Below, piece after piece: positions 32,391 to 34,433 of a DNA stretch of 34,433 nucleotides. The stretch is taken from assembly GCA_010015805.1 (NCBI GenBank), contig ML978130.1, positions 1,302,001 to 1,336,433 of the forward strand, given 5' to 3'. Position numbers and translations under genes: made by a program. The notes beneath the pieces are model-generated. The model saw only the letters and a list, made by a program, of their open reading frames with translations. It ran no database searches and was not told the origin of the DNA. The stretch comes from Rhizodiscina lignyota. Its lineage: Eukaryota. How positions within the stretch are numbered: the first letter of the stretch is position 1; each line of letters begins with the position of its first letter.

Positions 32391-33737
32391 GAGATCAATT
32401 AGATATTGGTCACTGATCTTGGTTAATTTGATGGCGGCGCATGGAAATGCAATTAACGAATATGCTTTGACTTGAAGAAGGGAGTTTTCGATGAGATTTC
32501 TGTTGAAGACAGCAGATCAATGTGGAGACTGAAACTAAGTTATAGTGGATCTGGGGCCCCATAGCCATGCGTTACCATGCTTGCCGTCTGGAGCAACCGT
32601 GTTGCAGATTCCGCAGGTTACCAAAGCCAATGGCGACGAATCTATCGCAATGACGAATGTCTATTCGGACGCGCGTTGTCAGTGGAGGATGGGGTTGTAT
32701 AGTGCACGGAGTAGTCGTTGGCTTTGGCTTAGTTGGCTCTACCTTAATCAAGGCAAGCATCGGATGCTAGGATCTTTCCTGCGAGTTAGAGCACAGGAGG
32801 GATATTAGGGTTTGGAGATCGTCGAAGCACATGTGCCATGTGGCCATGAAAGATGGTGGCAAAGGCTGAAACGAATTACAAGCACGAAAATTGCATGGCT
32901 CTGCACATACGGACTGCCATCAGCCGCCGGGAAATCCGAATTGACTTGTGCAGGTCTTCGAGAATCGATTGAGACTCGAAGATGCTCCTGCTCAGAACGG
33001 CATGAGGTAGGATGGGCTCTGCCTGCAATGCGCGTCAAGCCACGGTGACGGAAATGCAAAGGGGGAGCAAAAGGAGCTTAAGCAGTTTCGAATACTTACC
33101 GTGCAACGCGGCCGAGCGAAAATGGGGCGGGAGTTCCCGGCTCTGCGCATTACGAGAGCGTCTTGGCGCCGTTATCAAGCTTATTAAGAGCGGAAATCTC
33201 CCTTCAGCATTGCAAACGTTCGCGACGGCATCACATACGGCACTTTACAGCTTGCGTCGCCTTTCTGCATGTGAACGTATTAGGATTCAGCTTCATAGTT
33301 CAGACGGTTTCCGGCTTCAAGCAATTATTGTCCGACGGGGATAATGGTCGACGTATTTGCGAACAAGCAACCAGTTGTGATGCTGAGAGGCTGTGATTCC
33401 AACGGGCGGCCGTCTTCAAGCGGCCGCGTGATTACTATGCTTCCACTCAAGCTGCGTGGTGTCGCTTGCGCATATGCTACCTCTAGAGAGCCAGCTTCCT
33501 CACTCTGTGTACGTTTGCTTCGTAGACCAACGCTGTCGGGATGGTTTGCTCTCCGTCTTGCAGCTCCTCTCGCGTCCTGCGAAGGAGAGCAAAGTTTACG
33601 CTTTCATCTTTGCTCAGCATAGCATTCCCAGCACACAATAACCTATGCGATTAACAAGCTCTTCAAAATGCGCTCTAATACCGCTGCTCCGACCGTGCTA
33701 AGAGCTGGAGCCATCATTAAGTGGGAAATCTCCGATC

Positions 33738-34433
33738 ATGGCTAAGTCTAAAAGGTCTAAGCCTCTAGAAGGGCCTCCAGATCCATCTCAAGCGTTCGAT
33801 CACATATTGAGTGAACTTGGAAAGTCTCTGGACGAAGCCTGCGATGACAATGGTTTGAATAAGCCTAACCTGACTCTCGCAGCGCAGCTTGAGGAACTTG
33901 GCTTAGCAATCAATGCTGCTTTTAAAGAAACTAAGAAGCACATTGAAAAATGCGTCGCACAGAGCTCGACGGAGCTCTTAACGGAAGCAAAGCGAAGGTC
34001 TACCAACGTGGACGAACAGATTGGACAGCTCTGCGGTATTGTGTAAGTTCGCAGCTGTCAAAGGGAACAACGATAAGAAAGTTTCTCATGAATAATTGTT
34101 CACGGCACAAAATTGGCCAAAGAAAACAACGATGCTATCCGAGGTCTCCGCGATGAACTACGAGGCAACCACTTACCGGTACAGGCTGCGGCAACATCTC
34201 TCGAGCGAGACGTGTCTGAGATACCAATGACGTTTGGCAGATTGCCAAGAGCAAACGAAAGTGGGATTTTCAAGAAAGGATTCAAAGAAAGATCAAAGGG
34301 TAGAGCAAAAGAGTGTTCTGGATGCACAAGCCGGGCGAGCAAGTTCAAACACGGCGACCGTACATTCGAGGAAGCTCTTGTGAGCTGCACCGGACAGTGC
34401 ACCGAGCATTGGCATCAGAGCTGCGTCGACCCC
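33738..34433 (+). CDS. Uncharacterised helical protein with PHD-like zinc finger (paralog of 18697-20851); truncated by window end, acceptor site non-canonical
   Basis: Exon 1 33738-34042 ends at GTAAGT. A downstream frame is open from 34106 to the window end: TKLAKENNDAIRG...MTFGRLP...KECSGCTSR...LVSCTGQCTEHWHQSCVDP. Confidence 0.6.

Noticed and set aside
32400..33737. Numerous short ORFs and a CGGCCG..CGGCCG palindrome pair (~33406-33426)
   Set aside because: No motif or consistent splice model. Treated as divergent promoter sequence, although a decayed gene cannot be excluded.
1..34433. tRNA/rRNA genes, CRISPR arrays, autonomous transposase or secondary-metabolite backbone genes
   Set aside because: None seen by eye. 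GTTCGA-like hits lack cloverleaf context, and the repeats found are not repeat-spacer arrays. A tRNAscan-SE/Infernal run would be needed to exclude small RNAs.

Overview
Eukaryotic genomic DNA from a filamentous ascomycete fungus. This is inferred from short GT-AG introns with CTRAC/CTAAT-type branch points and from typical Pezizomycotina gene content. I built 14 protein-coding gene models by hand, and every complete one splices to a whole number of codons. The left part (1-18.3 kb) is mostly conserved or housekeeping genes: an HxxxDG acyltransferase-fold protein truncated by the window edge, an alpha/beta hydrolase, a chromodomain + HDA2/3-like + coiled-coil protein, a GFA/Mss4-like protein, an inositol polyphosphate 5-phosphatase, a CHY zinc-finger protein, proteasome alpha4 (PRE6) and a DLD2-like D-2-hydroxyacid dehydrogenase. 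A 328-bp PIF/Harbinger (Tourist-like) MITE with a TAA target duplication sits in the divergent PRE6/DLD2 promoter. The right part (18.7-34.4 kb) looks accessory. It is bracketed by two divergent paralogous genes carrying an atypical PHD-like finger. Between them lie a secreted GH3 beta-glucosidase, an MFS transporter and a head-to-head pair: an intronless 758-aa protein I cannot assign, and a disabled Ser/Thr kinase (DFG to GFG, internal TAA) fused to three copies of an unrecognised ~53-aa repeat. All family assignments come from motif recognition; no database searches were run.
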